DNA from: Klebsormidium nitens
Taxonomy: Eukaryota > Plantae > Klebsormidiophyceae
Reading direction: 5' to 3'
Assembly (NCBI GenBank): GCA_000708835.1
Contig: DF236954.1
Coordinates: 1 to 64,000, forward strand
Length of the DNA: 64,000 bases
The notes beneath the pieces were generated by a model that saw nothing but the letters and a program-made list of their open reading frames with translations, had not been told where the DNA came from and ran no database searches. Positions 48,194-60,434 of the stretch are shown here, one piece after another. Position numbers and translations under genes: made by a program. How positions within the stretch are numbered: the stretch's first letter is position 1; every line of letters starts with the position of its first letter.

Positions 48194-49946
48194 ATGTCGA
48201 GGTCTGGGCCGCAGAGCCTCCCAGGCACCTCAAGTCTTGCAGAGGACTTAGACAGTAAGTCTAGTTTTGATTGCATTATAAGGTGGCCTGCCTATGCAAG
48301 GGGGTTTTCTGTAGCATGAAGCGCCGCTGCTTTGTTTGATCGGGGGTGGTCCAGATGATGCTTGGTGTAGGACCTTGTATCTTTCAGGGTTCTGTGTAGC
48401 TTGCGCACACACATCTTAGGTTGCGCTCTGAAGTAAGATATGTGTCCTGGAAGGCCTGGGACACAACTTATCCAACTTCAGTGAGGAGCAGAGAAAAGCG
48501 TCACCACTCGTACGAGTGAAAGATTGGTCGCCTTGCATCGCAGCTTCTGGCGCTTGTTCTGAGAGTTATGTGGCTGCTAGGAAAAGGTTTCTGATGGTTC
48601 TCGATCCATATGCCCTATCGTGACTACAACATTGGATCAGCATCTTTGCATCATTAGGCAGTAGCTTCAGAGCGCAGTTCCTTTCTGGTCGGACGAAAAG
48701 CCGTTGATGGTGTCCATCTCATTGATCTGCTCCATGAGAATCTTCGGCTGACCTTGTGTTCGTATCTGCAGAGAAGCTTCTGGTGGTGCTCCGTGACGGG
48801 CGGAAAATTGTCGGCATTCTTCGCTCATTTGACCAGTTTGGTATGAGCCTCTCACAACATTTTCTAATCAGCTTGATGCCAGCAATGAAAGCTTGGTGTC
48901 TCCAACGGTAATGTCATCCTTGTGATGGACTGCTTGCCCCTTTCCTGTTTGGATCAGTCTGGTTCGTGTCATCAAATGACCCTGTCATAGATCTCCTTGC
49001 TCCGTTCGACTTTCGAAGATTGGGCATTAGGAAAAGTGGCTAACACTGGAACGCTTTTATCGTTGTCCAGCGAACGTGGTCCTGGAAGCTGCGATTGAGC
49101 GGATAATTGTTGGAGAGGTCTACTGCGACATCCCACTTGGTCTGTATATCATCCGCGGAGAGAATGTTGTACTAATTGGCGAGATCGTAAGTGCACCTCA
49201 CCAAGCTATTGCGCAGAAGGCTGGCACCTGCTTTGTTTGACAAACTCTATCAAGTGCTGGGTGCGAGGTCGAACCTGTTGTTTGCCGATTGTGTTAAAGC
49301 CTCTTGTTGGGCTTCTTTTGGTACCTGTCTGAAAAAGGCATAACCAATCTTGGGCTGTCAGAATTGGACATTTGTTTCTTTTGTGCTTGTGGTTGGATTC
49401 CCTCTCCGGCTGGATACCAGAGGCGCGCCCCTTCCAGAACGACACTGAATTATCCATCTTTCACATGAACCCAAGGCTATAGATGTAAAGCTACATACTT
49501 GGGGCGAGAGTTGCACCCTAAGGTCTGGTGTTGCACCATCTCTAGGATGGGTCGACTGTTTCCGGACTCTGGTACAGGTTTCTAGGGCAGGTGCGCATTG
49601 TAGTAGCGAGCCTCTGGGCCACAAAAACTCTCTAGCCGTCCGTTTGAGTGAGTTCTGAGCCAAGTGACGAGGTAGATCTTGGGGTTGGTGCATACTCTTG
49701 GGGCCAGGTGAGCATACTTGATAAACCATACATCTTTTGAAAGAGGCACACTTCTCCCTAATCGTTGGACTTTTGGACTGATATCTGCTGGATGAGTTGC
49801 AGGATCTTCAGAAGGAGGAGCTGCCGGCAAACTTTAAAAGGGTGGGCGTTGCAGAGATTAGAGAAGCTCAGAAAGCAGAGCAGGATGCAAGTGAGCTGAA
49901 GTCATCCATGATGAAGAGGATGAACGAGTTTTTAGATTTTGACTAG
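48194..49946 (+). CDS. LSM1: Sm-like protein LSM1 (4 exons)
   Basis: MSRSGPQSLPGTSSLAEDLD/KLLVVLRDGRKIVGILRSFDQF/ANVVLEAAIERIIVGEVYCDIPLGLYIIRGENVVLIGEI/DLQKEELP...EFLDFD*, with GT-AG introns. Confidence 0.95.
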
Positions 49947-50890
49947 CACGTCGTAGGAGGCTGTTGATCAAACTCAAGGCGGTAGGATGGCCCGCTTCCT
50001 TCAGCCGGCAACGAGCACGCGCAAGGGCTTGACATGTCTGCCCTTGCCCGCAACTTCTTACGCGGAGGGCTCGAGCTGCTCCCTTTATTGGGATTTGAAA
50101 TGATGTAGTGGTTCTTTGAATTTTTGAGCACATTCGATTCGCCATGTTTTGGTCATTCTGCTGCCATCAAAACAGTGTGTTGAGATGACACCGGCCTTGC
50201 TCCGCCAATGTTTTCTCCTCATGACTTCAACGTATGCGACCATCAATGATATGTTCGTAAGCCACTAGCATGTGTGTCCACCAGTGACAGCGGCCCAAAA
50301 GTTTGCACACGTCCTACTTTTCGCACGAGTTGAATGAATGGTACTTGAGAAACTGGTATTTGAAAAGCCGACCCGATCTGGTTGCTCCACGAAGTGCAGT
50401 CAAAGTTGGGCAGGAAGCTTTGATGCATATGGATAGTAACCGTGTATAGATGAATTGTCCATCATGATTTTCTTCGATTTGATACGCATATTGCTCATGC
50501 ATGTCGGAAACAATTACTGAGCGCCATGCGTTGTGTGCTGTTTGTACCATAGCGCATACAAATTAACAGCGCACATACCACCTGCATATATCATATGCGC
50601 GGGCGCCAGCCGTACATATATGCCTACCCCATCAAGCCGAATCCTCTGGCGGCCAAAACGCGAAAGCCGCATGCAAATTTTTTCCGCTGCAAGCCGGCAC
50701 ATGCCAGGACAGCATGCCGGTACTAAGCTACCTTCTGTTGACTTTTCTACTTCACTATTCATGCGAAGTCCACATCACCACATGTGCCTGTGGATATAGT
50801 CGAACTGCAGTCTTCTAGCCTTTGAATTTAAACAAGCTTCTTGTGACCTACCGATGGGTGAAACAACTGCAGAAAGTAGCAGTTGACCCG

Positions 50891-50997
50891 TCGAACAGTA
50901 TGAGACTCATCGGATGAATGCTCAGATCCAGAGAAGGCAGCATATGGATTTGCAAGGGCGGTGGCCTTGGGCCCATGATGAGTCTCATACTGTTCGA
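50891..50997. repeat. Fold-back hairpin with a perfect 21-bp stem
   Basis: 50891-50911 TCGAACAGTATGAGACTCATC is the exact reverse complement of 50977-50997; 65-nt loop. A degenerate extra copy of the right arm (TGAGTCTCGAACTGTTTGA) follows directly. Confidence 0.9.
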
Positions 50998-51361
50998 TGA
51001 GTCTCGAACTGTTTGAAAGGGAGGCTGTGCTGAAAGCACTTGCCTTCGAGAGAATGAACAGCTTGAAGCTCAGATCATCGGAGGGACCAAAATCCAGAGC
51101 GAAATCTAAGCAATACATACAAAAGAAAGTCCTCTAGATTTTACATCATCTCGACACTGAGCGTCTGGCTGATTCTACAATCTGTACATAAGCTGATTGG
51201 TCGTCCCTACTGGTGCCAGGGAACTTGGATGGAGATGCAAAAATCGCAGCCTCGCTTGTCTACACGTCTATCCTACATTTCACATGTACTTGTAGTGGTG
51301 CTTGCGTGCAGTGCCATGCCGTGCCGTTTTGCTATCTCGTCTTGAGGGCAAGAGCAGAGTC

Positions 51362-53056
51362 CTAATACTTCGAGGCCGTGGTCCTGCTCATGAGGACAAA
51401 GGTGGCAATCCAGAAGAAGCTGGTGAAGTAGCACATGGCGATAGCCGCCTCAGTCTTGTGGCAGAAGCTGCACGGCAACAGTAATGCAATCCTGTCAGCT
51501 CCAGGGTTTAGTTGCATCAGCTTGCATATCGAGGCAGACAGATAGGCAGGCAGGTTGTCTTAAAAACGCATCACTGCGTCCTATGCTCCGAGACGGACGA
51601 GAGTGTTTCAAACAAGTATCAATGGTCTTACGTGGTTCCATTCTTCGACTCCCGAATGAACTCGCAAACGCTCAAGTTGTTGCCATGTGACGTAGCATTC
51701 TGAGTTGCAACTCCGGCAGCTGCAGAGGAAAGGACCAAGGTTGTAGATTAGGAGCTTCCCTCCGTCATTAGAAGAGATCCTGAGATTCCGGAGAAGTCAA
51801 GAGTTGCTCGTCATCTTCAGAGGAAATGTGCAGCTTAAAGCATATCAAAGTGCGTTTGTAATTCAGCTCATACTCTTCCTATTGAGCTTCGCTTCGAGAA
51901 GGGACTGCCTTGCACATACGTAAGTATCAATCAATTACATGGCTGCGAATGAACGAAAATGTGGTCCCTCCTTCTTTGCCAGAAGCAGGTCGGACTTGCC
52001 TGCGCATGCGGCTCCCCAGACCATCAGAGTGAAGAACTGCAAGAAACAGTGTTGAAAATATTAGAGCTAACAAGTTCAGGCACTCACAAGGAGACGAAGT
52101 TTTAGAAGCTGGAATGGAAGCAGTGCACTCCCTGTTTGCCCTTCCTTCGTGCTCTTCGGGCACTCAGGCACATGGTTACGAAGAGGAGGAACGGAAATTT
52201 TCATCAAGAACCGATTATGTAACTCGGTTCTTACTCCAATGGAATGGTCTCAGATCACATACCCAACCAATAAGGTCTGATCGTCCTTTCAATCCGTTCT
52301 GAAGTACTTTGCATCAGTTTACAGAAGTACAGAAGATACTCACTGCATCAAGGAAGTACTGGGCCAGGTAGAACTTGCTCGTAAATTCCTTGTTCCCAAA
52401 GACGATCTTCACCAGCGTTGTGACCGTCAGAACGAAGGACCAAAGTCCAGACAGGAAGGTGACGGCAACAAGGAAGGAGAAAGCGTGGAAGTCGTTGAAG
52501 TTGGCGCCCTGCATTCGATAAAACTTTGTGTCAGAAAAATACAAAACCTGGCAACAAGGTTCGGACAAACGAGGACATTTCTTGAGTTACATCCTTTCCC
52601 GAAGCTGAGATGAGTTTGGCTACACAGTCGATTCAAACTGAAAAGCGAGGGATCTTTATTCGTCTGTTATACAAGATCCTACGGCAGTTTTCTTGTGCTA
52701 TCATAAACAAGAGAATCATTTCCAAGCGCGGGCCTGATGACATGTTGCAGGCCAAAACCCTTCTGCTTCAATTCTTTCATGTACCTCTTCACCTCTCTGC
52801 ACTTGTTTGTTTTCTTTCGAAACCCCCTCCCATAAGCTCGTCGAGAAATCATCACATACTTTCGCGGCTAATCATTTGTCAAGTTGAAAGAGAAAGGCTC
52901 GAAACGCACCTCATGTCGACTGCTTGCCATGACTGAGAACGCGATCAAGGAGAAGACGAACTGAGCAAACCGGAGCCCAAACTGGACGCCCATGCTGGGA
53001 GCCAGGACAGGGCTCCGGCTGACAGAGGGCCCTTGCTGCTCAAAGGAGGCTGCCAT
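51362..53056 (-). CDS. CASP-like (DUF588/MARVEL-type) four-transmembrane protein, 5 exons
   Basis: MAASFE...LRFAQFVFSLIAFSVMAS/GANFNDFHAFSFLVAV...YFLDA/FFTLMVWGAACA/AAGVA...C/FCHKTEAAIAMCYFTSFFW... follows the CASPL pattern. Confidence 0.85.
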
Positions 53057-54243
53057 TTTCTGTGTGTCGGCCGTTTTTCTCTAGTCCTGAGCAGGGTCTG
53101 TAACTTCGAAACAAGGTCAGCTACAGAGCAGGTATAACGGGACCCCAAGTTACTCGCTGTTGAAGCTGTTTGGCGAAAGAACTGTAAGAGCAAACAAAGC
53201 GGAGCGCCCTTTTCCCTTCCTGATTGATGATCAATATGATCCGGTATGACAGATTGCTGCGGCACTGTTCAGAAAGTGACAAGCCGACAAAATGTTGATC
53301 AGCTAATCTTGGAGGGTCTGATGATCGATCAGCAGTATGCGCAGAAAAGAGTGGGAGGACAAGATCTTTGCGTCCCTCCTTGGCCTTGCTGATTGAAGAG
53401 ATTGAGCTCTAATCAGAGCCACCTGGCCAGTGGTTGACCTTGCTGATCGCGGTCAAAGCCTGGAAACGTTCTAGAGTCTAGAAACTCTTGGTCACGTCAA
53501 ATCATCTTCCAGCTTGTCAACAGTCAAACCTCGAACCTGGGGTTGTCGAACGACCCGGAGAAAGGCACGACTCTGAAGACCCTTCATCCTTCTGTAGGAT
53601 CAATGCAGTCTGCATTGCAGACGCAAGGGAACAAGTTTCGACGCTTTCAACGGTGTCGGGGTTGACGACGTTGAAAGCTCCGACCGATATTCTGAGGGCT
53701 TCGCAGCCATTGGATTGGAAAAATCTAGGCTTTTCTGAACATCGACGGCTCACAAAAGTTCAGAGGGCGACGTCATTCAGAGAATGTGGGTCGTCCGATC
53801 ACTCGAAACCTTCAACGTCTTTGGCGGCGCGCGGCCGCCCTGTTTAGCAGCCGCCCGCTGGCGCGGCCGCGGCCACTCTTATGCTGCTTCAGTGTCCGAC
53901 GCGGCCAGCCGCGCGCACGGCCGCGCAGTCCGACGAGTGCATACCTACCTAAGGCTATACTACGTTTTGACCATGCAGAAGTGGGCCAGACAGCCGCCTA
54001 TCCTAGGCTCCGAGCTTCACAACGCCGACGACCACTCAGTCCACTCGAAGGCAAGGCCCAGCTTTGACACAGATTCTGAAAAGGCGCTCCAGGTGATCTC
54101 TGCTTTCAAAGAAGTCTGTACCGGTATTGGCTTGGCTTTTGCTTCAATTCTCTGAGCTCTTGTGGCCAGCTGAAAGCCAGGATTTGCAGAGACTCCTTTG
54201 GTCCAGCGGCAGCTTTTCGTGGAACAGGCAACTTATTAGGGAG

Positions 54244-55632
54244 ATGGGCAAGCGAAGCTCTGCTAAGCCCCCGCCCAAGGCAGTGCAGCCCAAGGTGCCG
54301 ACAACTTTCAGGTGTCCGTTCTGCAATCATGACCAGAGCGTCGATTGCCGGCTGTAAGTTTTTGGCGCACACAATTCACATCAGCGAAACCCTCCTTTTG
54401 GAGTGTGAATGTTTGTGATGACTTGTCAAAGAGCTTGTATCTCCTTTTTGGTTGAGGAGGGTAGCAGCTGCTAGGCTTTCTTGCGAGAAAAACAACCACT
54501 GTTTCGCCACCATTTGGGACAACCAATAAACTTTCTCTGGGTCAACACGGTTCAAATTCAGCAGATCAAACAAGCTTCTTGTACAACCCGCCGGTTGGAG
54601 CAGCTTTCTAGCAAACAATGCGCCTTATGCCCTTGGAGTGCACTGCCGAAAAAATCAAACCAGCATCAAGCAACTGCAAACAATCAGAAGCACTTTTTGC
54701 CCAGAGTGTATCGTTATTTCCTGCGCTGGGCAATTCCTTCCTGATAGGTGATCTTTGCCACTCCTAAATGCGTCAATCAGGGCGTCCAGATGTTATCCAA
54801 ATGTTGTTTGCAGCTAGCCCCGTTGTCGCCGCAGGGCAAGACAGTACTCTCTGTTCACGGGATTGCAAGCCCAACAGGTAGTGTAAGCCGCATCTTCAGA
54901 TCCTCCATGGGTCACAGTCCTGGTTTGCTCCTAAGGCCATAGTGGCAGAAGACCTTATCAATCCAAGTCTGTCTTCTTTCTCACACACTCACTCAATCAG
55001 CAAATTTATTATGTGGACCCAGTGGGCATGTGCAAACAAGAACTGATGACAATTATTGATACCGTCCCCTTGCAGTGACAAAAAGAGTGGTACGGGGGAA
55101 CTCAGATGTAGGATCTGCGATGAGCACTACCGGGTGCGGATAAACAACCTCACGGAGCCGATTGATATGTAAGTCAGCAGATTCCACCTGCGAGCTTGTT
55201 TCCTCTTCGATGTTCTTGGCACCTATGCTAAGTTTATCTGTGGGTTAGACGTGTGCTTTCGATTGGTATGAACAGACGTTATCTCGCCGCGCTGTCAAAA
55301 CTTTTGGTAGCCTTGAACGGCTTTTGGTTGAGTTAAGGTAGGGGCAGGCAGTACTCTTTGGATTGTCATAATCTGATGTCATCGTGTTGTGGAGGCTGTT
55401 ACGATCGCTGAAGAGTTTTCATTTGTCCATCTTTGCGTTTGTGTAGCCAAACCTTCTGCTTCTACTCTGTGCTTAAGAAAAGGAAGCACTTTCAAAAGCA
55501 CCCGTTGACTTTCGGCTTCATGTTGGGGTCTGCAGTTATGCAGAATGGATTGACGAACTCGAGAAGGTAAACGACCCGAACTATGCGGGAGAGGTCCAAC
55601 AGGAGGAGGAAGCCTACGACAGTGACCGGTGA
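54244..55632 (+). CDS. ELF1: Transcription elongation factor 1 homolog (ELF1/ELOF1), 3 exons
   Basis: [12 protein letters not shown]...[35 protein letters not shown]...[20 protein letters not shown]... with the Zn-ribbon CxxC...CxxC. Confidence 0.95.
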
Positions 55633-57383
55633 AAAGGCTATGGTTTATGATGGAAGCGAAAGGCCAGGCGGGTCGTTCACTCCCCTTGAAACGTGCCATC
55701 CGCCCCTGACATCAATTGTTCTCTCCAACGTGGGCAACTGCAATTGCTTCTGGGAGACAGAGCCGGATCTTGCAGCACGAGGACGGAAAGCAAGGGTTCA
55801 AGATTGGGTTGATTCTTTGAAGAAATTCAACAGCATTACGTGCTTGTTCGTCCAGACGAGCTTTTGTACAGGTTGGCAACTCGTTCGGCATGTTGGCTGT
55901 AGTGTTCCACGTTCAGGAGATGAGCCAGGCACCGAGAAGTGGCTGGGATTGACGACCGATGCTTTGCGCACACATAAATCCAGATACTAGATTATCCTTT
56001 CACCGTCCTTAGTCCGTATCCGCAACCGGTGAACAACCTCTATGTCTAACTTGCCATCGTGATATTAGACTGTGGTTGACAGTTGTATACTATTGACGCA
56101 ACGTGGCCAGGACATCTTAGAATTGAACTCGTCAGGCGTTGCAGGTGCATGTGCCTATATTCGATCTGATTATGGGCTGTAAACAGCTGTGCTACCATGA
56201 TCACTGAGTCATAGCGTTCATGAAGAACCCCGCGGACCCGCCCCTATCTCCTTGCTCCAGATTGAAACTTGAGAAAGATACGGCCGCAGGCTTATCCACC
56301 TAGGACCGTTGATACCGTCATCGACGGTGTGCGCAGCCCTCAGCCAAAGGCGGTGGTGTCAATCGCAAGTTTGATGTACTGAAAACTGTACAGTCCTATG
56401 TACAACCGCACCGCCGCACGCCTAGCTAGTAACTATATTGCCACATGTCGCGCGCTGAAGTTTACCAACTGGACTAGATTTGTCTGAACTCAACCCGTAC
56501 CGTACGGTCGACCAAATTTTGCGGTCGGACCTCTACGGTACTTGCGAATCATGTAGCAGTTGCCCGTAATAATTTCGGTTTTCCGCAAGATTTTGTAGAG
56601 GACGCCGTCGATACAAACCTGGCGTGCACCTGCGCAGTGCGCACTTCGCAATGCACACCAGGGTGTGCACTGTGATCTCTGTCGGCCGGTCAGTACTGCG
56701 TGGGGTAATATTGCACCGGGGAGTCTACTCAAACCGAAGCCTATAGGTACTACACTTGTGGCCGGTTGTACAACCGGTACAGTGGTTTACTTCCCGGTAT
56801 GCCAAAGTTCAGCGCTCATCGCCTTTCAACACCGTGTTTGGACCTAGGGCAGGTGGCGGTCTTTGATTGGATCTTATCCTGCGATCGTATCTTGGTCTCA
56901 AAGTCCCGACCACTTCTCCATCAAGCAACCGGGCACTTTTAGGGGCGGGTCTGCAAGGTTCTTCATGAACGCCATGAGTTCACTTTAGTACTGAAGGGGG
57001 TATCATGTGACCACCTATCGATCATCCAATTTAAGCTCGATCAAGTAGAACTGCAAGTGCATGGATCACGAGCATGCACCTATCTAGTTAATGAATCAAG
57101 CTCATTCTCCGCCATCAGCTATATGCAGGCCCGGGCCCGTACCCTCCTTGGTAATTCGACCCGGGCCCGCCATGTGCCATGCAGTAACCGCATGCATATA
57201 GGAAATGAAGTTCACCATGCGTAAACTCGATCCAGAAGTACCATGAAATGAACACACAGTATCTCGTGAGCTCGGAGCCTACAACAAGTTCAAAATGGAC
57301 AAGCTAAACTTTGAATTGATCTCGACGAAGAAATTCTGTAGCCCAAGACTGTAAAGAATACGTGCAATGGTTGCATCTATTTG

Positions 57384-59738
57384 TTAGGCCACATCTCTTG
57401 GCATCAGCCCTATGCAGTTCGACGAGCCACAATAGCATGGCGGCGCAGTCTGCAACGTGCTCTCATCAGCCTTGACCTCCCCGTAGCTCATCGTGATCTC
57501 CTCCCCTGCCAGGATCTCACGATTCGCAAACAGAGCCACGTGGGGCAGAGGCCAGCCCGTCTGCCGCACAAGCACTCGGGTGGCGTTCCCTCCGTCACAC
57601 GAGTGGTTAACAAAACGAGCGACGTTTCCGAAGTGAGTGGCGTCGATGTTCAGTCGGAGGGAGGCCGTTTTAGAAGGTAAATGTTCTCGGACGACCAAGA
57701 GAGCAGGTGGAGGGCGGCCTGAGGAATGGTACTCCGGACAGTCGTAGATGAGGTGGCGACGATTGGCTTCTGCGTTTGTAAGCAGCTCGCCTGCAAGAGA
57801 GGCATCAGAAGAGTAAGGCCGTGCACCTAACATCCGAAACTGCCACCTCTGATTTTCAGTGTGGTCCTAGGGGCAACTAACAGCGGGTTGTGCAAAGAAA
57901 GAGAAGAACAAGAATTCTGTAGCTGGGGCCGAAAAGATTCTTTGGATCCGAAATTGTTTTGATGGCGTGACCAAGGTCGACGGTCTTGAATTGGACGCTC
58001 ACAGCTTGCTGAAGGGTATGTTTCAAAGATGGTCTGAAGAGCTACAACAAAATCAGTTACTTCACAAGTTGACCGACTTCGAGTTGTCCCAACAGACCGC
58101 TGTGTCCAAAAGCCTTCCTTCTGGCAAGTTTCGAGAATCGAATGTGTTTTATTAGTCAAAGCGGGCTTCGACCTGGGAACATCATTGTACATTCCGTAGA
58201 ATACGCAAGCCAATTGGTAGAGAAGAAGCTCGCCGTTCTCAACAGAACCGAGCATCGGTTCAATGAAGGACTGAAATCCAGGAGCTTCAAATAGCATGGC
58301 CCGTCGAGCGGGACGCTTGCTGAAGCGTGACAACGGCACAGGTTGACCAAGTCAGAGTCGTTCGCTCGTCTTGCCGCACATTTTGATCGGGAATGCAAAG
58401 CGCGCTTGCCATGTCTGCTGTAAGCTGAAAGTTAGAGTAATCAGGAGCAACTTTTGAAATCACCCACTGTCTGTGACCTTTCAGCTGTTTCTTCAAGAGC
58501 AGCAGCTCATGAAGCGCAACTGAGTGGTGGCAGTCACACACATGCTGACAGAGAGTGCACAGGGATTCCATCTGAGAAGGCCAGCTCGAGTTGCTGTAGA
58601 AAGGAACCGCAGAGCTGTTGCTTGTCAGACCCAACTTGTAAACAACCAGGAATGGAGCCTTGAGTGTCAGAGACTCACCAGCATACTGGCAGACGAATGC
58701 CCCCCGCCTGATGTCCTCAGCAGCGTGAAGGCACCATCCCTTCTGCCGATGCCTGACGACTTTCACTCTCGCAGCAATTCCCCTCTGCGTTACCCGGTTG
58801 CTGCATTCCGCGCCACAACGACAGGCCGGGCCGCATTCAAACACAACAAGTGACTGACCCTCACTGGCCATAGTCTTCACAGCATGCTCACTTTCTTTAG
58901 TCTTTTTGGGGGATCTGCTACTGTTTGTTTCTACCGTGGGCTGGCCTCTTACTAACAATACCTTCATTAGATTCTTCTTAGGTACACTTGCCCTGTCCTT
59001 GATAATTTTCCGCTTTTTTTCAGGAGGTTCCATGCTGAGAGAGCACAAAGCGCTCGGTTCCAAAACCGGCTCATCTACTTCATTGTTCTTTCTAGTTTGC
59101 AACCCCGAGCCAAATTCTGGTGACGTCAGATGTAAGCTTGACGGTGGCACTAAATTACCGTGTCGCAAGATGTTAGGGGAAACAAGATTCAGCTGGGGCG
59201 CCAGCAGAGAGAGCAAGCGCCCATCATCGTCATAAGCAGCCTCATTCCGGAGGTCAATTCCACAGGAACAAAGCCCTGGACGGCACACCTGCAAGCTTAC
59301 TTGGTTATTGTTCAGCAAGTCCTCTTCCCCCAAGTGATATCTACTTACTTCCACTGACTCTGACTGCACCACTCCAGAATCTTCATGAGATTCAATGCAG
59401 TCGCACTGTTCTGCTGTGATTGGAGTGTATGCTTCTCTAATCCTGACACCACTCGACAACACATTCTCACTTACATACTCGATGTCAGCATAAGGCTCGT
59501 TGTCCACACAGTTCTCATATGGAACAGTGGATCCTTCTCTTCCTTCCGCTGCATCAGACTGCCGCCGACACACAAAGGCATGTGTAGCACTGGCAAGAGT
59601 GGTACAGGCTTTACAACAGGAGATGATATCTGAAATTGGAAGGCGTTGGAAGATCAGCTGCCAAGCCGCTGCTTCCATCCTGGACACTCCTTCTGATGCT
59701 TGTTTGGGAGGCCGGCCAGCTGCTATGGAAATTCTCAT
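57384..59738 (-). CDS. SUVR3: SUVR3-like SET-domain histone-lysine methyltransferase (pre-SET, SET, post-SET), 2 exons
   Basis: N-terminus WQLIFQRLPISDIISCCKAC...SDAAEGRE...PYENCVD. Pre-SET ECGPACRCGAECSNRVTQRG; SET KGWCLHAAEDIRRGAFVCQYAG/ELLT...IDATHFGNVARFVNHSCDGGN...EEITMSYG; post-SET CYCGSSNCIGLMP. Confidence 0.88.
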
Positions 59739-60434
59739 TACGCGCTCCGCGCGCGTGAATGTTGAGGGGATCACCGGAAGTTGCGGAGTAACTTCCTGAG
59801 GATGCACCGGGCAACCTCAGGTGCCCGGTACAAAATGTGCATGCTGGACACGTCCGGCCAGTATTTCGGAAGCGCACGCTGCACACCAGTAGGGCACTGC
59901 CCAGTGGTCAGGTCATGGCATGACCCGTCACCTGACCTGTGCATTAGTTCTATACTGGTATCATTGCGACTGAGCAGGTGCCACGTTGGTCTGGCATTCA
60001 CTGCGGCGAAATGGCGAAGGCGTCCGCTCACGGTCTGCCCTATGACTCTGGCCATTTAGTGGTAGCATTTTTGCCTGGGCCAAGTGACCTTGCTAGAGAA
60101 GTTTCGAATTGATCGGACTCCTAGAGCATATTCACATGTCAGATTGCCTTTCAAACAATGGCCAGCATCGGGTGCCGCGCGCCCATGTTCGCTTAGCTGG
60201 TAGCTCTCTGTATCCAAGAACGTCCAACATTAAGCATTTTAAGCAACGTAGGGCAGGACAACTCATGTGTAGACAGTACAAGTACTTGTAGTCTACACAA
60301 CCAAGCCGGCATCCGATGATCAGTTTGGAACACGACGATGTGACACGTCAAAGGGTCCGGGGTCGAGTATCATAGATCCATAAGCTGCGGAACAGTGCGG
60401 CTAATGGTTGGCAACGAGCTGCCCAAAACGGATT

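Noticed and set aside
59906-59937. Small nested hairpin upstream of SUVR3
   Set aside because: Stems of only 7-8 bp, expected by chance in 64 kb.
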